DNA of 64,000 bases, taken from the IMG/VR virus record IMGVR_UViG_3300033148_002122, positions 52,753 through 116,752 of that record, one strand, 5' to 3'. Source of the DNA: a virus. Under the pieces are notes generated by a model. It was not told the origin of the DNA and did no database searches. It saw only the letters and a program-made list of their open reading frames with translations. The position numbers and the translations under genes were made by a program. Below, piece after piece: positions 9,501 through 20,300 of this stretch; position 1 is the first letter of the stretch, and each line of letters starts with the position of its first letter.

Positions 9501-11683
9501 AGGACATGGTTGGGGATGATGGTACAGGGAGTGATTACTACAAATCTAGATATTGCCACCCAGGTGATCAACTTCTTGTTTATTGCTTAGGCCCATCAAG
9601 AACATGGGGTGACTGGTCAGATGACTCGTTTGGTGAAGGTGAACGCAACTTACAACTTATTGCTGAGTTAGCAGAGAAAAGAAATGCATCGGTTGGTGTA
9701 GGGTATGCCGTAACCCCCTTTGATGGTGGAACAAGGCTTAGTGCTTTGTTTGATCCTAATGATGTAGATGACAGATGGCCTGGGTACATAAGTCCTAATA
9801 CTTATATGACTAACCACACAGACGGGGATATAGTTTATGAGGGAAATGCTAGTTTAGCTACTGATTCTCCAGACACTGGTGACTACAGATATTATATTTT
9901 TTCAAAAGATGTATGGGAAAACTGGAGTAGTAGTGGTATTGAGTTCGCATTTCCTTCAGCAAGAAAAGAAACAGAAGTAACATTCACTGTTTCTAGTTAT
10001 TCTTTTTACTATGGAAGCATTATTATATACGGGACGTTATCACCAGAAACGGACTTTGATATTGATCCTGCAAATGGTGAAACATTCTATAATGATTCAA
10101 CAGCAGTTCCACCACTTAGCCCCGGAGGTTTACCACATGGTTCTGGGTGGTATCTTGAAGGAAGTAGAGCCAGAGAAATATACCCAATACGCTATATAAA
10201 AATGTATGGCGAAGGCGACACAGATAGAGGCAAAGTAGAATACGTATCAATAACAGATAACTACATAGATAGCGATACTCTGTATGAAGGATTGGTTCTT
10301 AACTTTAAATATTTATCATTAAATGTTGGAAATACTAATGCGCTTGAACCTCATAAAGTAAGAACTATTGAGGATATTCCATATCCAAAACCAGATATTA
10401 ATGTTGGTAAAAATACGTGGCATACTACCTTTGATCCCTATGTAGATGCTACCGCTGTTTATGATAGCATAGAAAAATCAATTCAATTTTATATTGGGAA
10501 TATTAGAAACCCAATGGGTATCACAGATATTGAAATCTATAGGTATGACGGAGAGAATCCAACAGATTCAGACTGGCCTGAAAGAGCTACCTATACACTT
10601 GGCACTGATTCTACATCCATACACACATTCAAAGAAGTTTCGAACTACTTGCCTATAACTAGCTATAAAATTGTTCCTATTTCTGTCTATGGAGTTGAAT
10701 CGTCTGAGCCTTTTTATCTTCTTAACATTACAACTAATCCGATTAACCCACCAAGTGTAGAAAGTGGTGGTGTATTCGCAAATTTTGCGTCACTAATTAA
10801 TATGTCTCATGGATATGATAATGACATAATTTTTAACGTTAGAAAAAATGGTACTAACTATGCTACTGGAGTATTATCATCCAATAAGATAACTACGTTC
10901 TATGATATTTTTTGGCAAGAGGGTGATACATACGATATAAGAGCATACTACGATGGTTATTGGAGTGAGTACTCCGTAGTAATCGAACCTGTATGGGCAG
11001 GTATACAGACCGCTAATACTAACTTAGGTATTGAAGATGTGTATGATCATGTAACGCTTGGTAATAGTACGTGGGATAATTATTTTGATGTTAACTTTAA
11101 CCTACAGTTTACTGCCGCTACTAATAAGTTAGGAACATTTAAAATAGGCCAACCCGTGTGGTCTGGAACTGTTGGTGGATTCCAGTATAGAACAGTTGTT
11201 GTTCCTCTTTCCTACGGAGGTAAAACACAAGAATCTGCGTTAGCGGTTCCTCAGTTTGAGTTCTGGAATAGCCAAGCTGGCGGGGAGATGTTGTATAGGT
11301 TTGAGGTTAATCCTATAGAGTTTGAGTTTGAATTTGGTGTTCAGAGTAAGAGGATGTCAACACTAGATGGTCCAGATAAACTTCAGCTAAAATATCAGGA
11401 TCATGTACTCCGTAGTATGGTATGGAGAAACATACCACTTCAAAGATACGCCAAATTAGTGTCAATACTAAAAACATATATCAACGGTACTGTATGGCTC
11501 GATGCCAAGGACTTTACTATGCCAGTTAAAGGAGAATTTCCGTTTGTATACGCTGGCGGGTATAGATATCAGATACAAGTTGTTGACGTTATTATCAAGC
11601 CCATTGATGGCAAGGGAGTTCAAAGGGGAGACGTTGAATTGAAGTATAAGCTTATAACCTCTTCTGATTCTGGAGTTATATAA
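6548..11683 (+). CDS. Multidomain virion protein: S8 subtilase-like domain, FN3-like domain with an inserted TIM-barrel/glycoside-hydrolase-like domain, C-terminal tail domain
   Basis: S8-like motifs GKSVGIGQSD, FHVMKVFGIVGG...GVAPG, VPAFGNGG, GQSCATPAAAG...FGYGRPD; FN3-like 'LFRWTNP...VKILRK...DGDIVYEG...YRYYIFSKD'. Confidence 0.65.
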   Translation: MNKLSFKLSRRIDINRDSQFIKCVETHSLDNTIYYEFSYTESSSEYSWAYRYIEVKDSNVEISINKLLEFSLIESASIVNTNDEMLDISDNVIAGRCLRTCSGLAGQYWDAADIWGAGYAQAVTDSSAMFCFNLVAGCAGTSSSSYITGLVDSTVTFIAGFRDPFYTPEQLTDSTHYLERAVYFPTRSVAPNHSLQRYKVSGVESRVEANILYIAAELTEDDDTVLSSTDALYNLGIRSGIVSDGIPNTIFIAGICHHLHWSANSIDGLCIDADYEKGEMFIPGTSVRSNSLGWNIDGVQGKSVGIGQSDSTVNVGFEFDGLTSYPVERSRMVFGSQEGSGIGLFHPDLGGDGDSTHGVYLYNLGLNSVFVNNARKILYGDDLLGYTGQGYSREHVEDWSIDAGSSFHVMKVFGIVGGRWNDSGTLGVAPGCHMDPECVRGYIFELVDYGVADVYSYSLESSYLSDYGTLTFYDVVGDTGAYPIGSVANSLTAGYAASNDAWYLVPAFGNGGHYINFDSEIIGISAFSVWDGTSPVYSHGEALTFVSPVPQLIAGPYYDPNGATLFDSHSYGEYAGQSCATPAAAGGMLLLKEARPELSYFEAKNVLASSCRKFPDMTAESENWHHQFGYGRPDMLAAFNTDTTETPCAPPRGLIVDGVGRDTLLFRWTNPHYKHFEKVKILRKDALDPGTYDTFANLHSLSIEEQPEGIGQEESLEWVDTITTSPLGLSVTDSTYFGKVQLYFDFWGSSSYISTFSHNGMAEWNTTYYDLISAPGDTTSNDFPTGMPEVYFNYGGTAHAAMYVIDSTGDWFGYFIDHIRTTCEYFYDQGNPLYGIFLDDFANVISWSYIVGPEKTKTYDRNGAQNDSSHIFITCPELWSYYMASDYYPIWGDDNWEEMTKTEQKVVTIQWYYGVMNVQMESLEQQVWDIINNYCIPDGKMIVNGIGRRLDEIGGGHPTYGNWVPRYGTTRLFEAAAEFGYSNLEDMVGDDGTGSDYYKSRYCHPGDQLLVYCLGPSRTWGDWSDDSFGEGERNLQLIAELAEKRNASVGVGYAVTPFDGGTRLSALFDPNDVDDRWPGYISPNTYMTNHTDGDIVYEGNASLATDSPDTGDYRYYIFSKDVWENWSSSGIEFAFPSARKETEVTFTVSSYSFYYGSIIIYGTLSPETDFDIDPANGETFYNDSTAVPPLSPGGLPHGSGWYLEGSRAREIYPIRYIKMYGEGDTDRGKVEYVSITDNYIDSDTLYEGLVLNFKYLSLNVGNTNALEPHKVRTIEDIPYPKPDINVGKNTWHTTFDPYVDATAVYDSIEKSIQFYIGNIRNPMGITDIEIYRYDGENPTDSDWPERATYTLGTDSTSIHTFKEVSNYLPITSYKIVPISVYGVESSEPFYLLNITTNPINPPSVESGGVFANFASLINMSHGYDNDIIFNVRKNGTNYATGVLSSNKITTFYDIFWQEGDTYDIRAYYDGYWSEYSVVIEPVWAGIQTANTNLGIEDVYDHVTLGNSTWDNYFDVNFNLQFTAATNKLGTFKIGQPVWSGTVGGFQYRTVVVPLSYGGKTQESALAVPQFEFWNSQAGGEMLYRFEVNPIEFEFEFGVQSKRMSTLDGPDKLQLKYQDHVLRSMVWRNIPLQRYAKLVSILKTYINGTVWLDAKDFTMPVKGEFPFVYAGGYRYQIQVVDVIIKPIDGKGVQRGDVELKYKLITSSDSGVI

Positions 11684-12213
11684 TGTTTGTAAAGACTGTA
11701 GCACACAGATTCATACTATATGATAGCACTACTGATTTGCAGGGTAATGATGCTCCACAGTGGGATTCTTTTATAAGGCTTTCTATTAATCCGTATTCAT
11801 ACAATGGATATACAGAAAGAGATTTAAATCAAGTTGATTCACTATTTGAGCCGCACGGCACACTAGTTGAAGAATCATATTTCAACTACAATCCTATAAA
11901 GTTGGAGTGGCGAAATATAGCTAAGTTTAAGTACTTTGATAAAGAACATGGTGATGTTATAGAGGGTGGTACTTATCCACAGTTTTATGAGTTAGTGTCT
12001 ATGATATACACGAATAGTGAAAAATATTATTTTCTAGATGATAGAGGGTATACTACTAGTCCAGATTTTACAGATTTAAAACATCCAAAGCAAGTGTTTA
12101 TAAAGGTAAGAGTAGACACTGTTGATATTAAGGGGTTTGCAACTGTTCCAGCACCTTATTTTCATGCCGTAGAGGTTATTCTTACACCTCTAGCAATTTA
12201 TACGAAGAATTAG
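11683..12213 (+). CDS. Putative distal tail protein
   Basis: 176 aa, TAATG-coupled to the previous gene; 'INPYSY...IKLEWRNI' resembles the C-terminus of the previous gene (VNPIEF...SMVWRNI); lies before the hub-like gene. Confidence 0.4.
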   Translation: MFVKTVAHRFILYDSTTDLQGNDAPQWDSFIRLSINPYSYNGYTERDLNQVDSLFEPHGTLVEESYFNYNPIKLEWRNIAKFKYFDKEHGDVIEGGTYPQFYELVSMIYTNSEKYYFLDDRGYTTSPDFTDLKHPKQVFIKVRVDTVDIKGFATVPAPYFHAVEVILTPLAIYTKN

Positions 12214-12223
12214 GAGAAGGTAA

Positions 12224-15200
12224 ATGATTCCTGAAACAAATGAAACTAGACGGGACAAAGTATTTAGTCCTCATAGTATACCTATTGGTAGGGTAAAAAT
12301 ATACGACACTAAGTTTACTGTACCAAGTAATGGAATTGTTTATAGAATTTATGACCTAGGTTCTTCGCCTGGGTCAGATCCTACTTTGTACGATCCGTAC
12401 TATCCTGATAATAGTTATACCTTTATACCACTTTTAAATGCAAGTGTTGATACTGGTGGCAGGATTCATGTAATATTTGATGACTGGGAAACGGGTGTCG
12501 CACCAGCAGTATCAAGTGATTATTTTGCAACAGTTTACGAAGGTTACTTTTACGCCAGGGAAACTGGGACATACAATTTAAGGCTTGACTACCTTGGTGG
12601 AGTTGAGTTATACTTTGACACCGATACAGCACATGGTTTCAAATCAGAGGGATCAAGATCAGCGCATGACATAGAAACACTCACCCCACTTTATTCTGAT
12701 TGGAACAAAGAGTTAGAGACTTTTAATCCTATAGATCAGAGTCCACCACCTTATGAAGTTAGCCTAACTGCTGGTGAGTTCTATAAGTTTAGGCTTAAAT
12801 ACTGGAATAGAAGAAAGGAACTAAACGCTGTAGTACTTTCTTACTGTGACCCCAACGGGGACGGCACAACATACATACCATTCAGTGCAGGAAATTGTTC
12901 TGACTATCATTATAAAGCTACTGAGAATGAATACTTTTTAGAACCAACAACAGTGTTGTCAGTAATACAAATGAACGGCAATAGAACTGAAACAGATGCC
13001 GCTGCATACTCATTTACTGCCAGAGCTTCTGACACAGACTCACAGAATGCCTATAATGCTTCTCTAGATTCTTTTGGTAATATAAAGAAGGATATGCTAG
13101 TTAAGTTCCAGATAGGATACTCAACAAATAGTTACGGAGTAATAGCTTCTGAGGGTGATTTTATAACTAGATTTGTTGGTTTTGTGACTAGTGACATAAA
13201 CATTCACAGAGATAAGTATGGTGCTAACATTGTTTTTTCGTGTAATGACTTTAAGACAAGACTTATAACTTCACCTAATTTAAATTATCCAAATACTGCG
13301 TGTTATTTATACAATCAATTCTTTAACTTAGACAAGGACGGAGAACCAGACGGGTATACAAGGGTTAGGTTCTTTGACAGATGGCCTCTTGACAAGACAG
13401 TTAGAAGTTTATTAATACTTGGTGGTATTGACCCTGAATTAATATTTAAGAAGTATAGGTCTATCACAGTTGATAACACAGTTGAAGACACAATACTTAA
13501 TACCATTCATGTACAAGATATAGATCTTGATTCAAGAGATAGTTATGGTAGAATAGGTTATAATTTTTCTTGGCCGTTTGATTACGAGCCATTATGGTCG
13601 TTTAAGTTTGCTACAGATACAGTTAATGATATAATTAACGAGTTGTCAAAAAATTATGGGTTTAGGTTTACATTCTCAGTTGATGGCATACCAAACATTA
13701 CTTCTGTAGACTACTATAACTTTAATCCGTTACCTGAGTCTTATGTTGAAGAGAATTTTGTGTATAGTCAAGGTGCCTCTAACTTTCAATACTATGAGAT
13801 AGCTCCAGGCTCATCAGCAAGCTATCAGTTCTATGGTAAACGCGCAGACATAGTGTTTAAGAGGTCTTCAATTGCAGGTGGATTTAGAGTGTGGATTAGG
13901 AGTTATGTTAACAGCGTGTGGACTGGCTATACACTGGCTAAGACATTGTTTATTAACGGAGAGAAAACATATAGAGAAGACGGATTGTTTAATGCTGTAT
14001 TTCCTATAACATGGAACGTCAGGGACGGTGTTTATTCGTTATATGGTAGTAACCCCTGTGTTGCCAAGATATTACACGGATTAGACTACGGACTACATGA
14101 ATACAAGATTGAAGCAGTTGGTGAAGAATTCTATTTCGATGGAATAAGAAGTTATGTAATAGACAGCCACACACCTGTTAGGCAGTACTCTACAATAAAT
14201 CATATTCGTGATCTTAGTATTATTGATAATGTTAAGGATATGATAAATGAAGTGATTGTTGTTGGTGATAGATCTGGTCCAGACATAGGTGATTCTCAAG
14301 ATATCGCCAGTCACATACCTTCCAAGCATGTATTCTGGAGATCAATTGATATTCGTTCTCAGCTTGATCCGTCTTATAAATACTATCGTGGACGCAAGGT
14401 TCCAGTAATTATACATGAATCTAAGATAACTCAGAAGGACAGAGCCAGATGGTTAGCTGAGTACACTCTGGAAAGATACAGAACTGTTGCGTTGTTAGCC
14501 ACTTTTAGCGGTGCTGGCGATCCATATCTTGAAGTGTATGATCCTATTACGCTACAGGATATTAAGACTCAGTTTATTACACCAGATAAAACCTTGTGGG
14601 TAACGGGGTTTTCTGAAAGTTTGCGTAAGGGTGAGTACATAGTTAGTGATGTTCAAACTACTCCACGACCACCAATACCTAGTTTTATAAAGCAGGATAC
14701 GATATCTTCGATTATAGAAGATAATTATCCAGACAAGTTTATTGCTTTTGAAGAGATTGTATACACAGGTTCTTACAGTAGGTCTGGAACTACCACACTT
14801 GGTGAATACGGTGTGGATGAATATGGCGAGACATACTATGGAGGTAGAACACAAGAAACTTCTGGTATTGATTTTCAGAATAGAATACATTTTGATCCCT
14901 ATGCTGCTAGAGAAAATAGGGACAGTCTAACCTTTAAGTGGTCCCTCATGAAAAGGGGTTATCAATATCTAGAGGTATGGGATAGCAGAATATCAGATTC
15001 ATTCTCAGATCCATATGCTTCTTACGCTAGTGATGGAATAAATATTAATGCTGAAGCTGTTGATTTTCAGGACACAGAGCCTGGAAAACTTTTATCTGTA
15101 GTATACCTAAATAAAGAAGCTACTATGGATGAGCCAGGAGTGTACTCTGTTACCTGGGATACTATACATGAATCAACGGTTAAGAGTGATGCTAAGTGGG

Positions 15201-17320
15201 TTAAGCAAGGAAGATACAAACAGCCTTTAGACGAAGGTGAAACAGAAAATTCTGATACACACGGAACGGGTCCGTTGTTTGGTCCTAATGGTGGTAACTT
15301 CTTTAGTATGCCATCCCATGATGCTACAGGAGGAGAGACAGACGGTTATAACTGGCCTCACAGGTCTAGATCTTTACTATCATACTACCCGCTAAGAGTT
15401 AAGCACGTTTATATATCACCAGAAGGTGTTCTGAGTGAGTATTGGTGGGGTACACAGAGACTTAATCCAATGTATTCTGATTTTACTAATTCATTTCAGT
15501 ACTATATTCATACTCTACAAATTCCAAAAAGATTTAACATGAATTTTGATTTTGTTAGGATTAAGCAGGTAGATGATAGGTATGAGACACTACCTGACTT
15601 GTACGTTGATGGCTATTACAGTGAGGATCTAGTTAATGATAAAGATGATATAAATGATGCAGATGGTGCTTCATGTAATTCAAGTGATTTTCCAGGTGGA
15701 AGACAGCTGTATGTTACTGAACCAAACTACTACAAGAATTCAAAATTTGTAAATGTTACGTCTGATGAAGATCACAAGTTTGGTGTATACCTAACGTGCG
15801 AAAGACCTAATCAGCTAATAAATGTTACACACGCTTTCCTTGGGTATCTAAGTAAATTTATTGGAAGAATGCGTGTTACCAAGAGAGATATCGGTGGACT
15901 TGAAATTGGTGGGTTAGTCAGTAACATGACATTTAGTACAGGGTCTACCCCACATGAGGATTCTTGGATTGTGTCGGTAGAACACAGTGGATCCTTGTGG
16001 GATGCTGCAACCCTATTAGATGGTGAGGGTTCCGAAAATGAGTTTAACCTAAAAAGAATACATAATTTACAGGATCAGTACGGTCCTTTTAATGGTGACT
16101 ACGGTTGGAGAAGATTTGATTCTACAGTTAATCTTACTAGTTCCGTGAGTGACCTAGGTAACGTACTTGTACTTGATCTTGATTACGAGTCTAGTACCTA
16201 CAGCCCACTATTCAACGGGTTAAAGAGGTTCGGACATCACCCACTAGACAGTAGATATATGTTTCACCCAGCATGGATAGAAGGTAGATCCGAAACAGCT
16301 TGGATTGATAAACTAATGTTATCTCATCAAGCTAGCGGAATAGGTAGTGACTACGTAGCTTCTTTTTACAATGGGATGAAAACGTATACGGATGCAAAAC
16401 AAGACCATGGTAACTACGTAGTTCCTAAATCGTTGCATGAAATGTTTTATAACCTATGTACTAAGCCAAGAGAAGTTCTTAGTGGTAGTATAGCTAATGC
16501 TTCTACATACGGTGACGTAAATGCCTACGTAGACTTGTCTACTAAATTCCGTGATTATCTAGGGCAAGGAAATAATCCTGTTATTGAATACACAGGTAGT
16601 TTATACACTTGCTTTAGCGATCCAGATTATTGTAAAATGTATCAGGGTCTAAAACTTGTGCTATACATGCAGGTACTAGACGAAGGTGGTAGAGTCTATA
16701 GGGTTATTTCTGATGATGGGTTAGATCTAGATGATCCGTATCATCAGGCTACACTAGAGCATTCGTATACAGATGTTCTTGACCATATCCCTGATGAGTA
16801 TGGTCTGTTAGCCCTAAATCCAGACAGCCAGTATATTACTGATAACTTTTACGACAGATTTCCAACAGCTATTATAGGCAGAGCTAGTCTAAGTGGTCCG
16901 GGTGATGACACCTACTGTAAATTCTTTGACGATATTTCGTCTATTGATGAAGATAAAAGAGCTTTCTTTTGTTTCAGAGGAGACATAGAAAACTTTAATG
17001 TTGGGTGGCATTCTAACTACTTACATGCATTTAACAACGAGATAATTGATTTTAGTGTAGCTTTCAATATCTACTATAATTATATCCCAGGAGCAGAAGA
17101 GGCAGAAGCAGACGAATTTTGTGTGTCGAAGCAATTAAGTAGGTATAGGTATAACGTAATGACAAAGGAAGATCTTTATGACGAAAATCTTCATACTGGG
17201 TATTATAATACGATGCATAAAGGTTTTTGTTCAGATAGATTTTTTGCACTACATGACAGTGCAGTAGGTGTGGACGTAGCAGATTCTGGTGCTAACTTTA
17301 CAGCTTATAGGGGTAACTAA
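12224..17320 (+). CDS. Tail hub/baseplate-like protein with an N-terminal PA14 domain
   Basis: PA14-like 'SDYFATVYEGYFYARETGTYNLRLD..GGVELYFD...VSLTAGEFYKFRLKYWN'; hub-like 'INEVIVVG...GDPYLEVYDPITLQD'. Confidence 0.55.
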   Translation: MIPETNETRRDKVFSPHSIPIGRVKIYDTKFTVPSNGIVYRIYDLGSSPGSDPTLYDPYYPDNSYTFIPLLNASVDTGGRIHVIFDDWETGVAPAVSSDYFATVYEGYFYARETGTYNLRLDYLGGVELYFDTDTAHGFKSEGSRSAHDIETLTPLYSDWNKELETFNPIDQSPPPYEVSLTAGEFYKFRLKYWNRRKELNAVVLSYCDPNGDGTTYIPFSAGNCSDYHYKATENEYFLEPTTVLSVIQMNGNRTETDAAAYSFTARASDTDSQNAYNASLDSFGNIKKDMLVKFQIGYSTNSYGVIASEGDFITRFVGFVTSDINIHRDKYGANIVFSCNDFKTRLITSPNLNYPNTACYLYNQFFNLDKDGEPDGYTRVRFFDRWPLDKTVRSLLILGGIDPELIFKKYRSITVDNTVEDTILNTIHVQDIDLDSRDSYGRIGYNFSWPFDYEPLWSFKFATDTVNDIINELSKNYGFRFTFSVDGIPNITSVDYYNFNPLPESYVEENFVYSQGASNFQYYEIAPGSSASYQFYGKRADIVFKRSSIAGGFRVWIRSYVNSVWTGYTLAKTLFINGEKTYREDGLFNAVFPITWNVRDGVYSLYGSNPCVAKILHGLDYGLHEYKIEAVGEEFYFDGIRSYVIDSHTPVRQYSTINHIRDLSIIDNVKDMINEVIVVGDRSGPDIGDSQDIASHIPSKHVFWRSIDIRSQLDPSYKYYRGRKVPVIIHESKITQKDRARWLAEYTLERYRTVALLATFSGAGDPYLEVYDPITLQDIKTQFITPDKTLWVTGFSESLRKGEYIVSDVQTTPRPPIPSFIKQDTISSIIEDNYPDKFIAFEEIVYTGSYSRSGTTTLGEYGVDEYGETYYGGRTQETSGIDFQNRIHFDPYAARENRDSLTFKWSLMKRGYQYLEVWDSRISDSFSDPYASYASDGININAEAVDFQDTEPGKLLSVVYLNKEATMDEPGVYSVTWDTIHESTVKSDAKWVKQGRYKQPLDEGETENSDTHGTGPLFGPNGGNFFSMPSHDATGGETDGYNWPHRSRSLLSYYPLRVKHVYISPEGVLSEYWWGTQRLNPMYSDFTNSFQYYIHTLQIPKRFNMNFDFVRIKQVDDRYETLPDLYVDGYYSEDLVNDKDDINDADGASCNSSDFPGGRQLYVTEPNYYKNSKFVNVTSDEDHKFGVYLTCERPNQLINVTHAFLGYLSKFIGRMRVTKRDIGGLEIGGLVSNMTFSTGSTPHEDSWIVSVEHSGSLWDAATLLDGEGSENEFNLKRIHNLQDQYGPFNGDYGWRRFDSTVNLTSSVSDLGNVLVLDLDYESSTYSPLFNGLKRFGHHPLDSRYMFHPAWIEGRSETAWIDKLMLSHQASGIGSDYVASFYNGMKTYTDAKQDHGNYVVPKSLHEMFYNLCTKPREVLSGSIANASTYGDVNAYVDLSTKFRDYLGQGNNPVIEYTGSLYTCFSDPDYCKMYQGLKLVLYMQVLDEGGRVYRVISDDGLDLDDPYHQATLEHSYTDVLDHIPDEYGLLALNPDSQYITDNFYDRFPTAIIGRASLSGPGDDTYCKFFDDISSIDEDKRAFFCFRGDIENFNVGWHSNYLHAFNNEIIDFSVAFNIYYNYIPGAEEAEADEFCVSKQLSRYRYNVMTKEDLYDENLHTGYYNTMHKGFCSDRFFALHDSAVGVDVADSGANFTAYRGN

Positions 17321-20300
17321 TGGCTAAAGACGAAATTATTAGAAGTCAAAGAAAACAAGTTAACAAGCAAATAAAAGAACATCTAGGATCAGGCAATCTA
17401 GTTGACTTCTCTGACAGGAAAAATACTTCTGCAATAATTTATAGTGAAAATATACCTGATGTTCCAGTTCAGCATGTAGACAAGCTGTTATGGAGAGGGT
17501 ATTGGTTTATCTATGAGCAACCTGGAGTCTACGTACCAAGCCCAAGCAGCATAGAAACATACGTTGAAGTGTCAGTGAATGACCCTACTAACTCGCAGTC
17601 TAGTATGATTTCGCAAGAGCCAGATGGTGGTAAATTCTTCTATGAATTTATTTATTCTGGTAGCGATTACAATGAATACAGGTATGTTAACCTAGGTGTG
17701 TACACAACATTTATACCCGCTGTAACTGGTGCTATTCCAATTACTTTTGCTGCTTCTGTTGGAGACAGAGTTGCGTTATATCAAGATGGTATACTCCTAA
17801 CTAACGGCTACTCACAGAATGGTGGTCGTGTTACAGCTAGTATTAATTTAAGAAAAAATACAAGAACTACGCTGTCCCTACAGTTTTATTCACCAAGTTA
17901 TAAGGATGAGGACTCTCCTCTGTCTAGATTTGCTAGAATATATACTAATATTGCGAACTACGTACTAGCCTACGGTGATGCCAAACCTGATACGCCAACA
18001 AACTTGACTGCAATTGCTAGCGACGAGGGCAATAGAGTTACATGGAATATATCATCATCTACCGCACAGTATGTTGCAGGCACAGAGGTGTATCATCAAC
18101 GTGAGGATGACAACAGCTTTCATCTATCGGGGATAGTCGAAGGCTTAGAAACTGAGTTTATTCATAATAAGGATATATATGATCATTTTCCCAACGGAGA
18201 TCTTGAGTATTCACCAATCCAGATTCATATAGGTGGAGGAAGTTGGGAATACGAAAGTATATTTATTGAAGGATACGGAAACGTACACTCACTACATCTT
18301 TCTCACACTGATAATGGTTGGGAAAACTATGCCTACTCTGCTGACCAAAATGAATTCTTTAGGTGGAGATTTGGTTCTGATGATGATATTCCTCTTCAAG
18401 CCGACTGTGGTATTTATCTATATCACGTAGATAACAGAGGTGATAGCATAGGAGAGCTAAGAAGTCATGCATCTGACTATGCTCTTGAATTTCCTACCGA
18501 TACATTTTTAGACGATAGATCACTAGAGGGAATACTAGATGATGTACTAGATTGTCCAAATTCTAGTGGTTTTTGGTGTTTGGCCTTAAACCCAAATGAA
18601 GTTAGTGCCGGAAGTGAATCAGATAGACATTTTGCACTCGGTATTGATGACATAATTATAAATGGTAACTATGACTACAGACTTACTTTCCAGTCAAGAC
18701 TTGCCTTAACGGGTAAGTATGATCCTGTGAATGGTTTTGAAGATTATAGTGAGGATGATGCATACGCAGAAGCTAGCCCAACAGTCTATTATAAGGTTAA
18801 GGCAGTTGTTGATAACTCATATATAGTAGAGGACGATTCCTGGGTTGCTCTAGGAACTGTTTTACCATCACTTAACGGGTGGGGATTTAACTCTATGGTT
18901 GCAACGGCAGAGGACATGACTGCCGCTATTGTTGAGCTAATACCAGAGGGTAGTGTGTTTGTTGTTTCAGCCATACAGTTTAAGTTCTCGTTATTAGACG
19001 ATGAACTAGACTATGATTCTGTTAATGACAACATGTACTATAAGATGTGGCTACTCGGAGGTGTTGACTTATTCCCTGTTCAGGGAGCAACCCTTGAGTC
19101 AGGGGTGGAATATACTTACAAAGTTAGACACTTTACTAACGGCCATATACTAAGTGAATACTCAGACACTGTGTCTGTTGTTGCTGTTATGCCACAGGCA
19201 CCTACATCTGTTGACGTTAACATGATTGACGTAGAGGCAGATACTAAATGGAATAATATTACACCGCTTGAGGTTGTAGTTAGTTCCTTGTCTGAGTTAC
19301 AGACAATACCAAGACTTGAAATGAAGCATACTGGTTCTTCAAATATTTATGGAGCGTCCTATATTGAACCCGCTGGTCCTGATGGCTGGGTTTCTGTTCC
19401 TGTAGGTGCTATTACTGAGGGGATGTCAGATCCAGACCACCTACACACTAAGTGGACAATTCAGGCACAGCACATGAAGGACATGGGGTTCTGGGCAGAG
19501 TGGTTATACTATACCGGACTTGACTTTCCATCAGAAATTACAGACTATTATAGTCACCAGTTCACCCAGCACGATAGGTATGAGTTTAGAGTAGTTGCTT
19601 CCCCCGTTGGGGAAGAAGTAATAGACATAGAACATCTATTCTATGCTGTGTATGACACAGAACCACCTTCTTGCTATGTTGAGGTAACAGATCTGTATAG
19701 TAGACTGAGTAGTAGCATAGATGGCTATGTACTACACGGTGGTAAGTCTCTGTTAGAGAGTCCCAGTAGTAATAGTTCAGAGATTACAGTAAGATTTATG
19801 CTTAAAATTCCAGAAACAACCACTATAACTGGTCTGAGTGCTGAGTATGACTGGAGAGCAGATGGATCTAAATTTAGATACCTAATAGTTAAGAACATAG
19901 GAGTAGATTTACACAAACCTATTTCACTCCTTGAGTACGAGTGGGATCCACTTACTACGTATATTTACGGAGGTTTTGGATCTAGTACTGTGCAAGAATA
20001 CTATGAAGATAACTTTGTTGACTACTACGGTAATACGGTATCAAGCTATGATCATGATTATGTTTATGGTCTAAAACTTAATGAAGATTATGATGAGTGG
20101 CACGAATACAATCGTGACACTGTGCATGAGGTTTCATTTACTCTTGAAGCCGATGACGTACTAATAGGTGTTGATATCTATATTGAAGTTGAAAATTCAA
20201 TAGGAGAAAGATTCGAATATGGTTTATACGCTATTGATCTATCTAGTATTTATGAAAATTATTTGTACAAAACTACTTCATATATTTCGTCGCTAACTGG

